From Bacillota bacterium (GTDB lineage: Bacteria; Bacillota; Clostridia; Saccharofermentanales; UBA5734): a stretch of DNA of 34,713 bases. The stretch spans positions 1-34,713 of the forward strand of contig JAKPNJ010000247.1 in assembly GCA_029548445.1 (NCBI GenBank), read 5' to 3'. A program made the translations under genes and the position numbers. Below the pieces are notes generated by a model that saw nothing but the letters and a program-made list of their open reading frames with translations, was not told the origin of the DNA and searched no databases. Shown here piece by piece: positions 25,644-34,289 of this stretch (within the stretch, counting starts at the first letter, position 1; the number at the start of each line of letters is the position of its first letter).

Positions 25644-26306
25644 ATGGCCGCGTGGTGGGAGTCCCTGTCCCTCCTGGAGCGGACTTTCTATTTCATGGCA
25701 ATTCCCGCAACCGCCCTCCTGATCGTGCAGACCGTGCTCCAGGTCGTCGGCCTCAGCCATGCGGCGGACGCGGACCTGCCGCCCGACCTGCCGGCCGACC
25801 TGCCGGCGGACCTCCCTTCCGACCTGCCGGACAGCCCGGGACCGGCCGATGCCGGAATGGATTCGGAAACCGGCCTGGGTGCCGCCACCGAGGCGGGGTC
25901 CCTGCGTCTGCTGACATTCCAGGGCCTGGTGGCGTTCTTTACCCTCTGCGGGTGGACCGGTGTGCTGCTGGCCCATGGCCAGGCCGGAACCGCCGTGACC
26001 ATCGTCGCGGCCCTGGCCGCCGGCCTGGCCGGCCTGTACGGCATGGCCTGGCTGATGCGGGCCCTGCTCCGGCTCCAGTCCAGCGGCAACATCGATGTTC
26101 GGAAAGCCATTGGCCTGGGGGGAGAAGTCTACATCCCCATTCCCCCCGCCCGTTCGGGAAGCGGCAAGGTCACCCTGACCCTCCAGGGCCGCTTCCGGGA
26201 ATATGACGCCGTGACAGAGGGCCCCGACCGGCTTGCGACCGGCACATCCGTCCGCATCGTGGACATCGACCGGGCCAATGTCCTGGTCGTGGAAAAGGAG
26301 GAATAA
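25644..26306 (+). CDS. nfeD: NfeD-family membrane protein (short form, YuaF-like; C-terminal OB-fold), partner of flotillin
   Basis: N-terminal TM helices. Internal (DLPx)5 repeat. C-terminal OB-fold segment GKVTLTLQGRFREYDAVTEGPDRLATGTSVRIVDIDRANVLVVEK. Stop is 4 nt before the flotillin start. RBS GGAAAGGAG. Confidence 0.8.
   Translation: MAAWWESLSLLERTFYFMAIPATALLIVQTVLQVVGLSHAADADLPPDLPADLPADLPSDLPDSPGPADAGMDSETGLGAATEAGSLRLLTFQGLVAFFTLCGWTGVLLAHGQAGTAVTIVAALAAGLAGLYGMAWLMRALLRLQSSGNIDVRKAIGLGGEVYIPIPPARSGSGKVTLTLQGRFREYDAVTEGPDRLATGTSVRIVDIDRANVLVVEKEE
25773..25832 (+). repeat. Five tandem in-frame copies of the 12-bp unit GACCTGCCGGCC encoding (DLPx)5 within nfeD
   Basis: gacctgccgccc / gacctgccggcc / gacctgccggcg / gacctcccttcc / gacctgccggac, translating to DLPPDLPADLPADLPSDLPD. 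Confidence 0.8.
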
Positions 26307-26309
26307 CCC

Positions 26310-27704
26310 ATGCCTGACCTGCTGATCCTTGTCGTCGTGATCGTCCTGCTGCTCTTCGGCGTCCTGGTCGCCTTCCTGTCCCGCTACAGGAAATGTCCCT
26401 CCGACCGGATCCTCGTGATCTACGGCAAGGTTGGGAGCGAACGGGACGGGAGCGCCCGGTCCGCCAAGTGTCTCCACGGCGGCGCCGCCTTCATCTGGCC
26501 GATCCTCCAGGATTACCAGTACCTGGACCTGACCCCGATTTCCATCAGCGTCGACCTGACCAACGCCCTGTCCCGCCAGAACATCCGGATCGACGTGCCT
26601 TCCCGGTTCACGGTGGGCATTTCCACCGAACAGGGCATCATGCAGAACGCCGCCGAGCGCCTGCTGGGCCTGAAGCTGCCGGAGATCCAGGAACTGGCCA
26701 AGGACATTATTTTCGGGCAGTTGCGCCTGGTCATCGCCACCATGGACATCGAGGAGATCAACACCGACCGGGACAAGTTCCTGGAGGCGGTATCCCATAA
26801 CGTGGAAACCGAGCTGAAGAAAATCGGCCTGCGGCTGATCAACGTCAACGTGACCGACATCTCCGACGAGTCCGGCTACATCAACGCCCTGGGCAAGGAG
26901 GCCGCCGCCAAGGCCATCAACGACGCCAAGCGCACCGTGGCCGAGAAGGACCGGGACGGTGCCATCGGCCAGGCCAACGCCCAGCGGGACCAGCGCATCC
27001 AGGTGGCCATGGCGGACTCGACGGCCATCCAGGGCGAAAACGAGGCCAAGGTGGAGATCGCCAATTCCGACGCCGTCCGCCGCGAGAAGGAGGCCGAGGC
27101 CCTGCGCCGGGCCACCGCCGCGGAGAAGGTCCAGACCGCCCGGGCCCTCGAGGAGGCGTACCGGGCCGAGCAGGAGGCCGAGCTGACCCGGGCCGCCCGC
27201 GAAAAGGCCACCCAGGAAGCCGACATCCTGGTCCGGGCCGAGGTGGCGAAGCGCCAGGCCGAGATCGAGGCCGAGGCGGATGCCGAGCAGGCCCGCCGGA
27301 GGGCCCGGGGCGAAGCCGACGCCATCTTCGCCCGGATGGAAGCCCAGGGACGCGGCATGCAGGAGATCCTCCAGCGCCAGGCCCTGGGACTCCGGGAACT
27401 GGTGTCCGCCGCCGGCGGCCGCCCGGAAGACGCGGTCCGCCTCATGATCGCCGACAAGCTGGAGGACCTGGTCCGCATCCAGGTGGAAGCCATCAAGAAC
27501 ATCAAAATCGACAAGGTAACTGTTTGGGACGGCCTGTCCGGGGCTGACGGCAAGTCCAGCACGGCGGATTTCGTCTCGGGGCTCTTCCGCTCGATCCCGC
27601 CCCTGAACGACCTGTTCCGGATGACGGGCATGGAGCTGCCCGAGTTTGTCGGGAAGGTCACGGCCCCCGCCGGGGACGCAACCCCGGATTCCGCTTCGAA
27701 GTAA
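26310..27704 (+). CDS. floT: Flotillin-like SPFH/band-7 protein (FloT/YuaG-type) with long Ala/Glu-rich coiled coil
   Basis: N-terminal TM segment, then SPFH domain (GGAAFIWPILQDYQYLDLTPISISVDLTNALSRQNIRIDVPSRFTVG), then a ~150-aa EA-rich coiled coil (EAEALRRATAAEKVQTARALEEAYRAEQEAELTRAAREKATQEADILVRAEVAKRQAEIEAEADAEQARRRARGEADA) and the flotillin C-terminal region. Confidence 0.9.
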   Translation: MPDLLILVVVIVLLLFGVLVAFLSRYRKCPSDRILVIYGKVGSERDGSARSAKCLHGGAAFIWPILQDYQYLDLTPISISVDLTNALSRQNIRIDVPSRFTVGISTEQGIMQNAAERLLGLKLPEIQELAKDIIFGQLRLVIATMDIEEINTDRDKFLEAVSHNVETELKKIGLRLINVNVTDISDESGYINALGKEAAAKAINDAKRTVAEKDRDGAIGQANAQRDQRIQVAMADSTAIQGENEAKVEIANSDAVRREKEAEALRRATAAEKVQTARALEEAYRAEQEAELTRAAREKATQEADILVRAEVAKRQAEIEAEADAEQARRRARGEADAIFARMEAQGRGMQEILQRQALGLRELVSAAGGRPEDAVRLMIADKLEDLVRIQVEAIKNIKIDKVTVWDGLSGADGKSSTADFVSGLFRSIPPLNDLFRMTGMELPEFVGKVTAPAGDATPDSASK

Positions 27705-27715
27705 ACGGCTGCCTG

Positions 27716-27766
27716 TTCCGGAGAGGGCCCGGTTCTCCTGCGATGTGCGCAGGGGAGCCGGGCCTC
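27716..27766. terminator. Putative bidirectional GC-rich hairpin terminator between convergent floT and the araC-family gene
   Basis: Two stem-loops, ggagagggcccggttctcc and caggggagccgggcctccctg, in the 66-bp gap between convergent stop codons. No U-tract, as is common in high-GC genomes. Confidence 0.35.
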
Positions 27767-27770
27767 CCTG

Positions 27771-28673
27771 TCAGGACCGGTTCCCGGCGTCCCGGAAATG
27801 CGAGGGGGCGTGGCCGGTCACCCGGCGGAACGTCTTGTAGAAGTTCGTGGCGTTGTTGAACCCGCAGGAAAGGGCGATGTCCAGGAGGCTGTCGCCGGAG
27901 GAGCGGATGCGCGCCAGCGCCTGTTCCACCCGCTTTCGGGACACGTACTCGGTGGGCGTCAGGCCGATATACCGCTTGAAGAAGGTCGGAAAGTACGAGG
28001 CGCTGACATGGGCCACCTGGGCCAGCAGGCTGTTGGCCAGGTCCTGGTCCAGGTGGTCGGCGATATAGGCCAGGACCTCGTCCATGCACCGGAGGTCCCG
28101 GCGCAGCACCGGCGGCGGGGCGCTGGGGGCCACCACCCGGTCGTAATGGCGCAGGATCTCGGCGAAGATGCTCTGGAGCTTGATGCGGACCATCAGGTCG
28201 TAGCAGGTGTCCCGCCGGGTCATTTCCGTCTCGATGTCCAGGAGCCATTGGAAGATCCGGGCGGTGGCGGGGTTGTCCCGGTCCAGGCGGTTGGAGAAGC
28301 CCGGCCCCCGGTCGAGGAAAATCCGCAGGAACTCGTAGTCCATCCCGTTTCCCAGGGCATTCCAGATGAAGTCGGCCTCGAAATGCACCACCATGTTCCA
28401 CAGGGTCTGCCCCGGCGCCAGGACGATGGAATGGGATTCCGTATTGTTCAGGAGGATCACGTCCCCGGGCCGGAGGTCGTACGCCCGGTCGTCGACCCGG
28501 TAGAGGCCCTCCCCCTCCCGGATGCAGGAAATCTCAAGCTCGTGGTGGCTGTGGGGATTGTACGGATACGGGTGGGCGAGGCGGCTGTTCACCAGGTTGA
28601 GGACGGGCCTCCCGCCGCTTTCGTACAGGCAGAGGACGCCGTCGTGCCGCAGGACGTCCCGTTCCACCGTCAT
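27771..28673 (-). CDS. AraC/XylS-family transcriptional regulator (N-terminal cupin sensor plus C-terminal dual HTH)
   Basis: C-terminal LAQVAHVSASYFPTFFKRYIGLTPTEYVSRKR...DIALSCGFNNATNFYKTFRRVTGHAPSHFR is the AraC HTH signature. The N-terminal cupin segment has HSHHELEISCIREGEG. Confidence 0.9.
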   Translation of the reverse strand: MTVERDVLRHDGVLCLYESGGRPVLNLVNSRLAHPYPYNPHSHHELEISCIREGEGLYRVDDRAYDLRPGDVILLNNTESHSIVLAPGQTLWNMVVHFEADFIWNALGNGMDYEFLRIFLDRGPGFSNRLDRDNPATARIFQWLLDIETEMTRRDTCYDLMVRIKLQSIFAEILRHYDRVVAPSAPPPVLRRDLRCMDEVLAYIADHLDQDLANSLLAQVAHVSASYFPTFFKRYIGLTPTEYVSRKRVEQALARIRSSGDSLLDIALSCGFNNATNFYKTFRRVTGHAPSHFRDAGNRS

Positions 28674-28721
28674 GTCGGACCCTCCTCGAAGAATCGTTAT
28701 GATAGGATGGTATCACAGTTA

Positions 28722-28750
28722 TTTACAGCCCGGATTCCCTTTGGTAGATA
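28722..28750 (+). promoter_or_regulatory. Putative sigma-70 promoter TTTACA-N17-TAGATA for the Gfo/Idh/MocA gene pair, preceded by inverted repeat TGATAggatggTATCA
   Basis: tttaca at 28722-28727, a 17-nt spacer, tagata at 28745-28750. An AT-rich island with a TGATA/TATCA inverted repeat lies at about 28699-28716, in the araC-divergent region. Confidence 0.45.
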
Positions 28751-28834
28751 TGAGGAAGGAACCCACCCTGCAGGCAGAGCCGGGAAGCGAAGGCGCGGAA
28801 CCCCGGCCCGCCCATCCGTCAAGGAGGAACAGCC

Positions 28835-29926
28835 ATGGACAGGAAACTCAAGGCCGCGATTATCGGGTGCGGCGGCATCGCGGGACAGAAGCACATGCCG
28901 GCCCTGGCGAAGCTTGCGGACAAGGTCGAGATGACCGCGTTCTGCGATATTCTGCCCGAACGGGCCGAGAAGGCCGCAAAGGAATTCGGCGTCCCCGGCG
29001 CCCGGGTCTTCGCCAGCCACAAGGCCCTGCTGGCCGAGGCCGGTCCTTCCCTGGACCTGGCCCACGTCTGCACCCCCAACAAATCCCACGCGGAGATCAC
29101 GGTGGACTCCCTGGAAGCGGGGCTCCACGTCATGTGCGAGAAGCCCATGGCCAAGACCGCCGCCGACGCCCGCCGGATGGCCGAGGCCGCCCGCCGGACC
29201 GGGAAGAAACTGACCATCGGCTACCAGAGCCGCCACCGGGCCGACAGCCGCTACCTGAAGAAGCTGGTGGAGTCCGGCGCCCTGGGCGAGATCTATTTCG
29301 CCAAGGCCCACGCTCTCCGCCGCCGGGCGGTGCCCACCTGGGGCGTTTTCCTCAACGAGGAAGAGCAGGGCGGCGGCCCCCTGATCGACATCAGCACCCA
29401 CGCCCTGGACCTGACCCTGTGGACCATGGGCAACCATGAACCGGCCTATGTCATGGGCACGATCTACCGGAAACTGGCCGACCAGCGGGACACCGGCAAT
29501 GCCTTCGGCGAATGGGATCCGGCCGAGTTTACGGTGGAAGATTCCGCCTTCGGGTTCGTGGTCATGAAAAATGGCGCCACCATCATCCTGGAATCCAGCT
29601 GGGCCCTGAACACCCTGGACACCGGCGAGGCCCAGACGACCCTCTGCGGCACCCTGGCCGGCGCCGACATGAAGAAGGGACTCCGGATCAACCGGGTGGA
29701 ACAGGGAGTCCAGACCACGGTCCTGCCCGAGACCAACGCCGGCGGCGTCGACTTCTTCATGGGCGAGACCAAGTCGCCGGCCGACCTGGAGGCGTCCCTC
29801 TGGATCGACGCCATCCTGAATGGCACCGACGTGGTGGTGAAGCCGGAGGAGGCCCTGGTGGTGACCGAGATCCTGGAAGCGATCTATGCCTCCGCCCGGA
29901 CCGGCCAACCGGTCTATTTCAAGTAG
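28835..29926 (+). CDS. Gfo/Idh/MocA-family NAD(P)-dependent oxidoreductase
   Basis: LKAAIIGCGGIAGQKHMPALAKL Rossmann N-terminus, EKPMA motif, family length. RBS AAGGAGGAACAGCC-ATG. Confidence 0.9.
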   Translation: MDRKLKAAIIGCGGIAGQKHMPALAKLADKVEMTAFCDILPERAEKAAKEFGVPGARVFASHKALLAEAGPSLDLAHVCTPNKSHAEITVDSLEAGLHVMCEKPMAKTAADARRMAEAARRTGKKLTIGYQSRHRADSRYLKKLVESGALGEIYFAKAHALRRRAVPTWGVFLNEEEQGGGPLIDISTHALDLTLWTMGNHEPAYVMGTIYRKLADQRDTGNAFGEWDPAEFTVEDSAFGFVVMKNGATIILESSWALNTLDTGEAQTTLCGTLAGADMKKGLRINRVEQGVQTTVLPETNAGGVDFFMGETKSPADLEASLWIDAILNGTDVVVKPEEALVVTEILEAIYASARTGQPVYFK

Positions 29927-29942
29927 GGAACCAGCGAAGCGC

Positions 29943-30995
29943 ATGAAACAGTACACAATCGGCATCATCGGCTACGGCGGCATGGCCGTCTACCACCAGG
30001 AGCGCCTGATCCGGGATCCCCGGCTCCGACTGGCCGGCGTCTCCGACATCGACCCGGCCCGGTGCGACCTGGCCAGGGCCCATGGCCTCCGGGTCTACGA
30101 CTCCAACGAAGCCCTCCTTGCGGACCCCGGCGTGGACCTCGTGCTGGTGGCCACCCCCAACCATTTCCACCATGACCTGTCTGTGGCGGCCCTGGAGGCC
30201 GGGAAGCACGTGGTCTGCGAGAAGCCCGTGGCCATGGACAGCGCCGAGCTGCTGTCCATGATGGACTGCGCCCGACGGACCGGCCGGGTCCTGACCATCC
30301 ACCAGAACCGGCGGCGGGATGCGGACTTCGTCCTGGTCCGGGACGCTCTCCGCAGCGGGCGGCTGGGCAGGCCCTTCTCCATCGAGTCCAGGGTGCTGGG
30401 CTCCCGGGGCGTCCCCTTCGGCTGGCGCTGCCACAAGCTGGCCGGCGGCGGCATGATGCTCGACTGGGGCGTCCACCTGGTCGACCAGGTGCTCCAGATG
30501 ATTCCGGAGCCGGTGGTGTCGGTGTATGCCCAGCTCTTCTCGATCCATACGCCCGAGGTGGACGACGCCTTCAAGCTCTTCCTCCGGTTCGAGAGCGGCG
30601 TCACCGCCCTGGTCGAGGTGGGGACCCTCCATTACCTTTCCCTGCCCCGCTGGTTCGTCTGCGGCGACCGGGGCACCCTGCAGGTCGACGACTGGAGTTG
30701 CAGGAACCGCCTGGTCCGTCCCCGGGACGAGGCCGTGACCTGGGAGGAGGAGATCCTTTTTACCAAGGCCGGCCCCACCAAGACCATGGCCCCCCGGTCC
30801 AGCGCCTCCCTGGAAGAGGAAACCCTGGAAGCCGGCGACGTGGATTTCGCCCAATTCTATACCGACCTGCTGGACCATCTCGAGGGGAAGGCGCCCCTGG
30901 CGGTGACCCCGGACGAGGCCCTGCGGGTCATGCAGGTCATGGAAGCCGCCTTCCGCTCCCAGGAAACCGGCCAGGCCATCCCGGACCGGATCTGA
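29943..30995 (+). CDS. Gfo/Idh/MocA-family NAD(P)-dependent oxidoreductase (second, adjacent)
   Basis: MKQYTIGIIGYGGMAVYHQERL..., CEKPVAMD. The ORF-track start at 29886 is replaced by the ATG at 29943, which matches the family N-terminus. Confidence 0.9.
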   Translation: MKQYTIGIIGYGGMAVYHQERLIRDPRLRLAGVSDIDPARCDLARAHGLRVYDSNEALLADPGVDLVLVATPNHFHHDLSVAALEAGKHVVCEKPVAMDSAELLSMMDCARRTGRVLTIHQNRRRDADFVLVRDALRSGRLGRPFSIESRVLGSRGVPFGWRCHKLAGGGMMLDWGVHLVDQVLQMIPEPVVSVYAQLFSIHTPEVDDAFKLFLRFESGVTALVEVGTLHYLSLPRWFVCGDRGTLQVDDWSCRNRLVRPRDEAVTWEEEILFTKAGPTKTMAPRSSASLEEETLEAGDVDFAQFYTDLLDHLEGKAPLAVTPDEALRVMQVMEAAFRSQETGQAIPDRI

Positions 30996-31047
30996 CCCGA
31001 CGTGCGGCCGAATCCCGACGGATGCAGGGCCGGCTTCCGCTGCAGGC

Positions 31048-31620
31048 CTATCGCAGGAGAATCGCGCCGGCCAGGCCTGCCCCCAGGGTCACGAGGATCG
31101 GGTGGACCTTGAACCGCAGGATCGACACAAGGCAGACGGCGAACAGCACGACGGCCCCCGGGGACACGGTCTCCAGGGGCCGTTCCATCAGCGAGGCCCA
31201 GGCCGCACCATCCCGCAGGAACGCCCCCGTCGTCAGGAGCCAGGCCGCCGACAGGATCAGGCCCACCGCCCCCGCCTTGGCGCCGGCCATGCCATACTGC
31301 AGGATGCGGCTGTGCTGGAACCGGTCCAGGAAGGCCATGGCGGCAGGCACATAGACGAAGCTGGCCAGGGAGACCCCCAGGCTCGCCAGGAGGGCCCCCG
31401 GAAGCCCCCCCTTCAGGAATCCCACATAGGTGGCGGCGTTGATGGCGATGGGGCCGGGGATCACCAGGTCCAGGGCTGACAGCTGGGCGAACTCGGCCGC
31501 CGTCAGGCCCACAGCCCGGGCGGATTCGGTCAAGATCATGGCGATCATGGCATAGCCGCCCCCGAACCCCACGAGGCCGATCTGGAAGAAGAGCAGGAAA
31601 AGAATCAGCGGAATGGGCAT
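31048..31620 (-). CDS. Chromate-transporter (ChrA) family small subunit, 190 aa
   Basis: GLVGFGGGYAMIAMI is the ChrA signature. About 6 hydrophobic helices. Immediately follows its partner half (2-nt gap). Confidence 0.85.
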   Translation of the reverse strand: MPIPLILFLLFFQIGLVGFGGGYAMIAMILTESARAVGLTAAEFAQLSALDLVIPGPIAINAATYVGFLKGGLPGALLASLGVSLASFVYVPAAMAFLDRFQHSRILQYGMAGAKAGAVGLILSAAWLLTTGAFLRDGAAWASLMERPLETVSPGAVVLFAVCLVSILRFKVHPILVTLGAGLAGAILLR

Positions 31621-31622
31621 GC

Positions 31623-32222
31623 CTATGCCTCCCCGGATTTCCGGCCCGGGAACGACCGGGGCCGGAAGCGGAAGTACAGGAGGGAGGCCAGCCCCGACCC
31701 CAGGACCACCGGCAGGACCGACACGCCGAAGAAGGCCACCAGGACAAAGGCCAGGGCGGCCACCCCCAGGAAGACCGGGTGGACCAGGACCTTCCGGCCC
31801 AGCTGGACGGCCATGGAGAGGATCAGGGCGGCGGCCGCCACCCGCAGGCCCTGCAGCAACCCGCGGACCCAGGGGGCGTCCGGCAGCCGGGACACCAGGG
31901 CCACCGCCGCCAGCATGGCCGCCACCGCCGGCAGGAGCGTGCCCAGGGCGGCCAGGAGGGCGCCGGGCCAGCCGGCCACCCGTTTTCCGACATAGAGGGC
32001 ACAGTTCAGGGCGATGATGCCCGGCAGCGTCTGGGACAGGGTCACGGCCTCGGTCATGTCGTCGTCGGACACAAGGCGAAAGCGCTCCACCAGGTCCCGC
32101 CGGATCAGGGGCAGCATGGCCAGCCCGCCGGCGAAGGTCAGGGAGCTGGCCAGGAAAAATACCTGGAACAGCCGTAGGCACACCCGGCCGCGGGAGGCGT
32201 CACGATTCGGCTGCCGGTCCAT
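31623..32222 (-). CDS. Chromate-transporter (ChrA) family small subunit, partner half (~199 aa)
   Basis: FLASSLTFAGGLAMLPLIRRDLVERFRLVSDDDMTEAVTLSQTLPG shows ChrA-family homology. Start at MDRQPNRD (32222); upstream extension in the ORF track rejected. Overlaps the 3' end of the upstream oxidoreductase by 23 nt. Confidence 0.8.
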   Translation of the reverse strand: MDRQPNRDASRGRVCLRLFQVFFLASSLTFAGGLAMLPLIRRDLVERFRLVSDDDMTEAVTLSQTLPGIIALNCALYVGKRVAGWPGALLAALGTLLPAVAAMLAAVALVSRLPDAPWVRGLLQGLRVAAAALILSMAVQLGRKVLVHPVFLGVAALAFVLVAFFGVSVLPVVLGSGLASLLYFRFRPRSFPGRKSGEA

Positions 32223-33360
32223 CAAGAAAACCTGCCATGTCCATCGTATTGCCCGAGGCCAGCGGGAACGAAACCGGCGTTCCGGTCCGGGCCGACCGGT
32301 ACAGGGCCAGGACCATCTCCAGGGCCTGCCGGCCGGACTGGCCGTCGGCCACCGGGGCACGACCCGTGCGGACCGCGTCGATCCAGTCGGCGTACAGGGC
32401 GAAATGGGGGTTCCCCAGGTTCCGGAGGGCCCGGAGCCGACCCACGGAGCCCAGGGTTCCGAGCCACCGGCGGACGTAGGACCCGGTCACGTTGCGATCC
32501 CTTGCGTCCCGGATTTCCACCGAGATCGTCCCCCGCCGGAGCCCCGCCCGGACGGACCCGCCCTCGGTCTGGAGGAAGAAAAGCGCCTCGTGGTCCCGGG
32601 GATCCGTGGTGGTGGTTCCTTCCAGCAGGCAGACGGCCCCGTCCCGGAACTCCAGAATCCCGGCCCCGTAGTCTTCGGCCTCCATGCGGCGGGCCTGCCG
32701 GGCCAGGGTGCCCCGGATGCAGGCGGGTTCGCCGCCCATGAGCCAGGCCATCAGGTCGAAGGCGTGGATGCTCTGGTTCATCAGGGCGCCGCCATCGGCC
32801 GCCCAGGTGCCCCGCCAGGCTGCCTGGTCATAGTAGGCCTGGTCATGGCCCCACCGCACGTGGACCGATCCCGACAGGATCCGGCCGAACCGGCCGGCCC
32901 GCAGGTCCCCGACCAGGATCCCCACCAGGGGGAAGCACCGGTAAATATGGCCTACGGCGACGGAGACACCGGCTTCCCGGGCCGCAGCCAGGACGCGGTC
33001 GGCGTCCGCAAGGTCCAGGGTCATGGGTTTTTCCACCAGGACATGGGCCCCCGCCCCGATGGCCTGGAGGGCCAGGTCCCCATGGGACCCGCTGGGGGTG
33101 GTGATGGCCACCAGGTCCGGCCGGAGGGCCGACAGGCAGCTGGCGAGATCCGGGAACACCGATACCCGGGCCCGTTCGGCAGGCGGGATCCGGCAGGCGG
33201 TCATGAGGCGCTCCGCCGCGCCGGGCACCGGGTCCACCAGGGCGGCCAGCCGAACCCCGGGCGACAGGGCCCGGGCGGCCTTGACATGTTTCCGGGCCAC
33301 CACGCCGCACCCGACCACGGCCAGCTGCAGGGGCTTCCCGTCAAACCGGGCCTCCACCAT
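32200..33360 (-). CDS. Gfo/Idh/MocA-family oxidoreductase
   Basis: LQLAVVGCGVVARKHVKAARAL Rossmann start; EKPMT motif. RBS GGAAGGAGG. Confidence 0.9.
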   Translation of the reverse strand: MVEARFDGKPLQLAVVGCGVVARKHVKAARALSPGVRLAALVDPVPGAAERLMTACRIPPAERARVSVFPDLASCLSALRPDLVAITTPSGSHGDLALQAIGAGAHVLVEKPMTLDLADADRVLAAAREAGVSVAVGHIYRCFPLVGILVGDLRAGRFGRILSGSVHVRWGHDQAYYDQAAWRGTWAADGGALMNQSIHAFDLMAWLMGGEPACIRGTLARQARRMEAEDYGAGILEFRDGAVCLLEGTTTTDPRDHEALFFLQTEGGSVRAGLRRGTISVEIRDARDRNVTGSYVRRWLGTLGSVGRLRALRNLGNPHFALYADWIDAVRTGRAPVADGQSGRQALEMVLALYRSARTGTPVSFPLASGNTMDMAGFLDGPAAES

Positions 33361-33435
33361 CGGGCGTCCTCCTTCCGGACGGCCCCCATGCGCCGTCCCT
33401 GGAACTCGGCCCCATTGTATCGTACCCGGTGGGAC

Positions 33436-33496
33436 TTGACACGTTCGAACAATCGTTCTATGCTTGAGATGAATCGAACGCTCGTTCTATGCTTGA
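33436..33496 (+). promoter_or_regulatory. tetR promoter (TTGACA-N17-TATGCT) with two tandem 22-bp operator repeats containing GAAC...GTTC palindromes
   Basis: ttgaca at 33436-33441, a 17-nt spacer containing the perfect palindrome gttcgaac, then tatgct at 33459-33464. Direct repeats cgaacaatcgttctatgcttga (33446-33467) and cgaacgctcgttctatgcttga (33475-33496) agree at 20 of 22 positions. The second repeat contains GAACG-ct-CGTTC. Confidence 0.6.
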
Positions 33497-33589
33497 TGTC
33501 CCGTTCGATGCCCAAAGCTCGCCCGGCCCAGGATTCCCCCCGCTTCCCGACGATTCCGGTCCGGGCTTTCCGAAAGGAAGACCCGCGCC

Positions 33590-34279
33590 ATGGCCTACCG
33601 GACACCGCCCCATGTCCAGGAACAGAAGGACCTGCGCCGCCGCCAGATCCTGGACGCCGCCGCGTCCCTTTTCTCCTCCCACGGGTATCACGAAACCTCC
33701 ATCCGGGACGTGGTGGAGGCGGCTGGCATATCCATCGGCTCGTTTTACTTCTATTTCGCTTCCAAGGACGACCTGTTCGACGCCCTGTTCGCCGAAATGA
33801 GCGAGGCATTCCTTGCGGTCATGACCGATGCCTCCGAGACAACCCGGACCGACCCCGCCGGTGGCACGGCGGAAGCCATCGCCCGGGCCATGAGCCTGAT
33901 CGCCTCGAACCGTCCCCTTTCCCGGTTCCTCCTGCTGGAATCCGGCGCCGGCACAACCCTGTTCGAGGTCCGGAGGAAGGCCAACGAACAGCGGTTCATG
34001 ACCCTGGTCCACGACTTCCTCGACGAGATGCAGGAGCGCAACCAGATTCATGTCACCGATACGGCCTCGGCCGCCTGTTCCCTGATGGGCGGCCTGTACT
34101 TCAGCATCCTGGCCTGGTTGTCGGAACCCCAGGGGAACGACCTTCCCTTCCGGATCCTGCATACCTGCCTGTACCACCTGAAATCCCTGGGGCTGACCGC
34201 CGATCCGGAAGCCATCGCGCCGCGGATCGAGGCGGTCCTGGCCAGGGAACCCAGCGCCTGCGACTGCGGACCCCTGTGA
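33590..34279 (+). CDS. TetR/AcrR-family transcriptional regulator
   Basis: QILDAAASLFSSHGYHETSIRDVVEAAGISIGSFYFYFASKDDLFDALF is the TetR N-terminal HTH signature. 229 aa. Confidence 0.9.
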   Translation: MAYRTPPHVQEQKDLRRRQILDAAASLFSSHGYHETSIRDVVEAAGISIGSFYFYFASKDDLFDALFAEMSEAFLAVMTDASETTRTDPAGGTAEAIARAMSLIASNRPLSRFLLLESGAGTTLFEVRRKANEQRFMTLVHDFLDEMQERNQIHVTDTASAACSLMGGLYFSILAWLSEPQGNDLPFRILHTCLYHLKSLGLTADPEAIAPRIEAVLAREPSACDCGPL

Positions 34280-34289
34280 GGTGATGACC

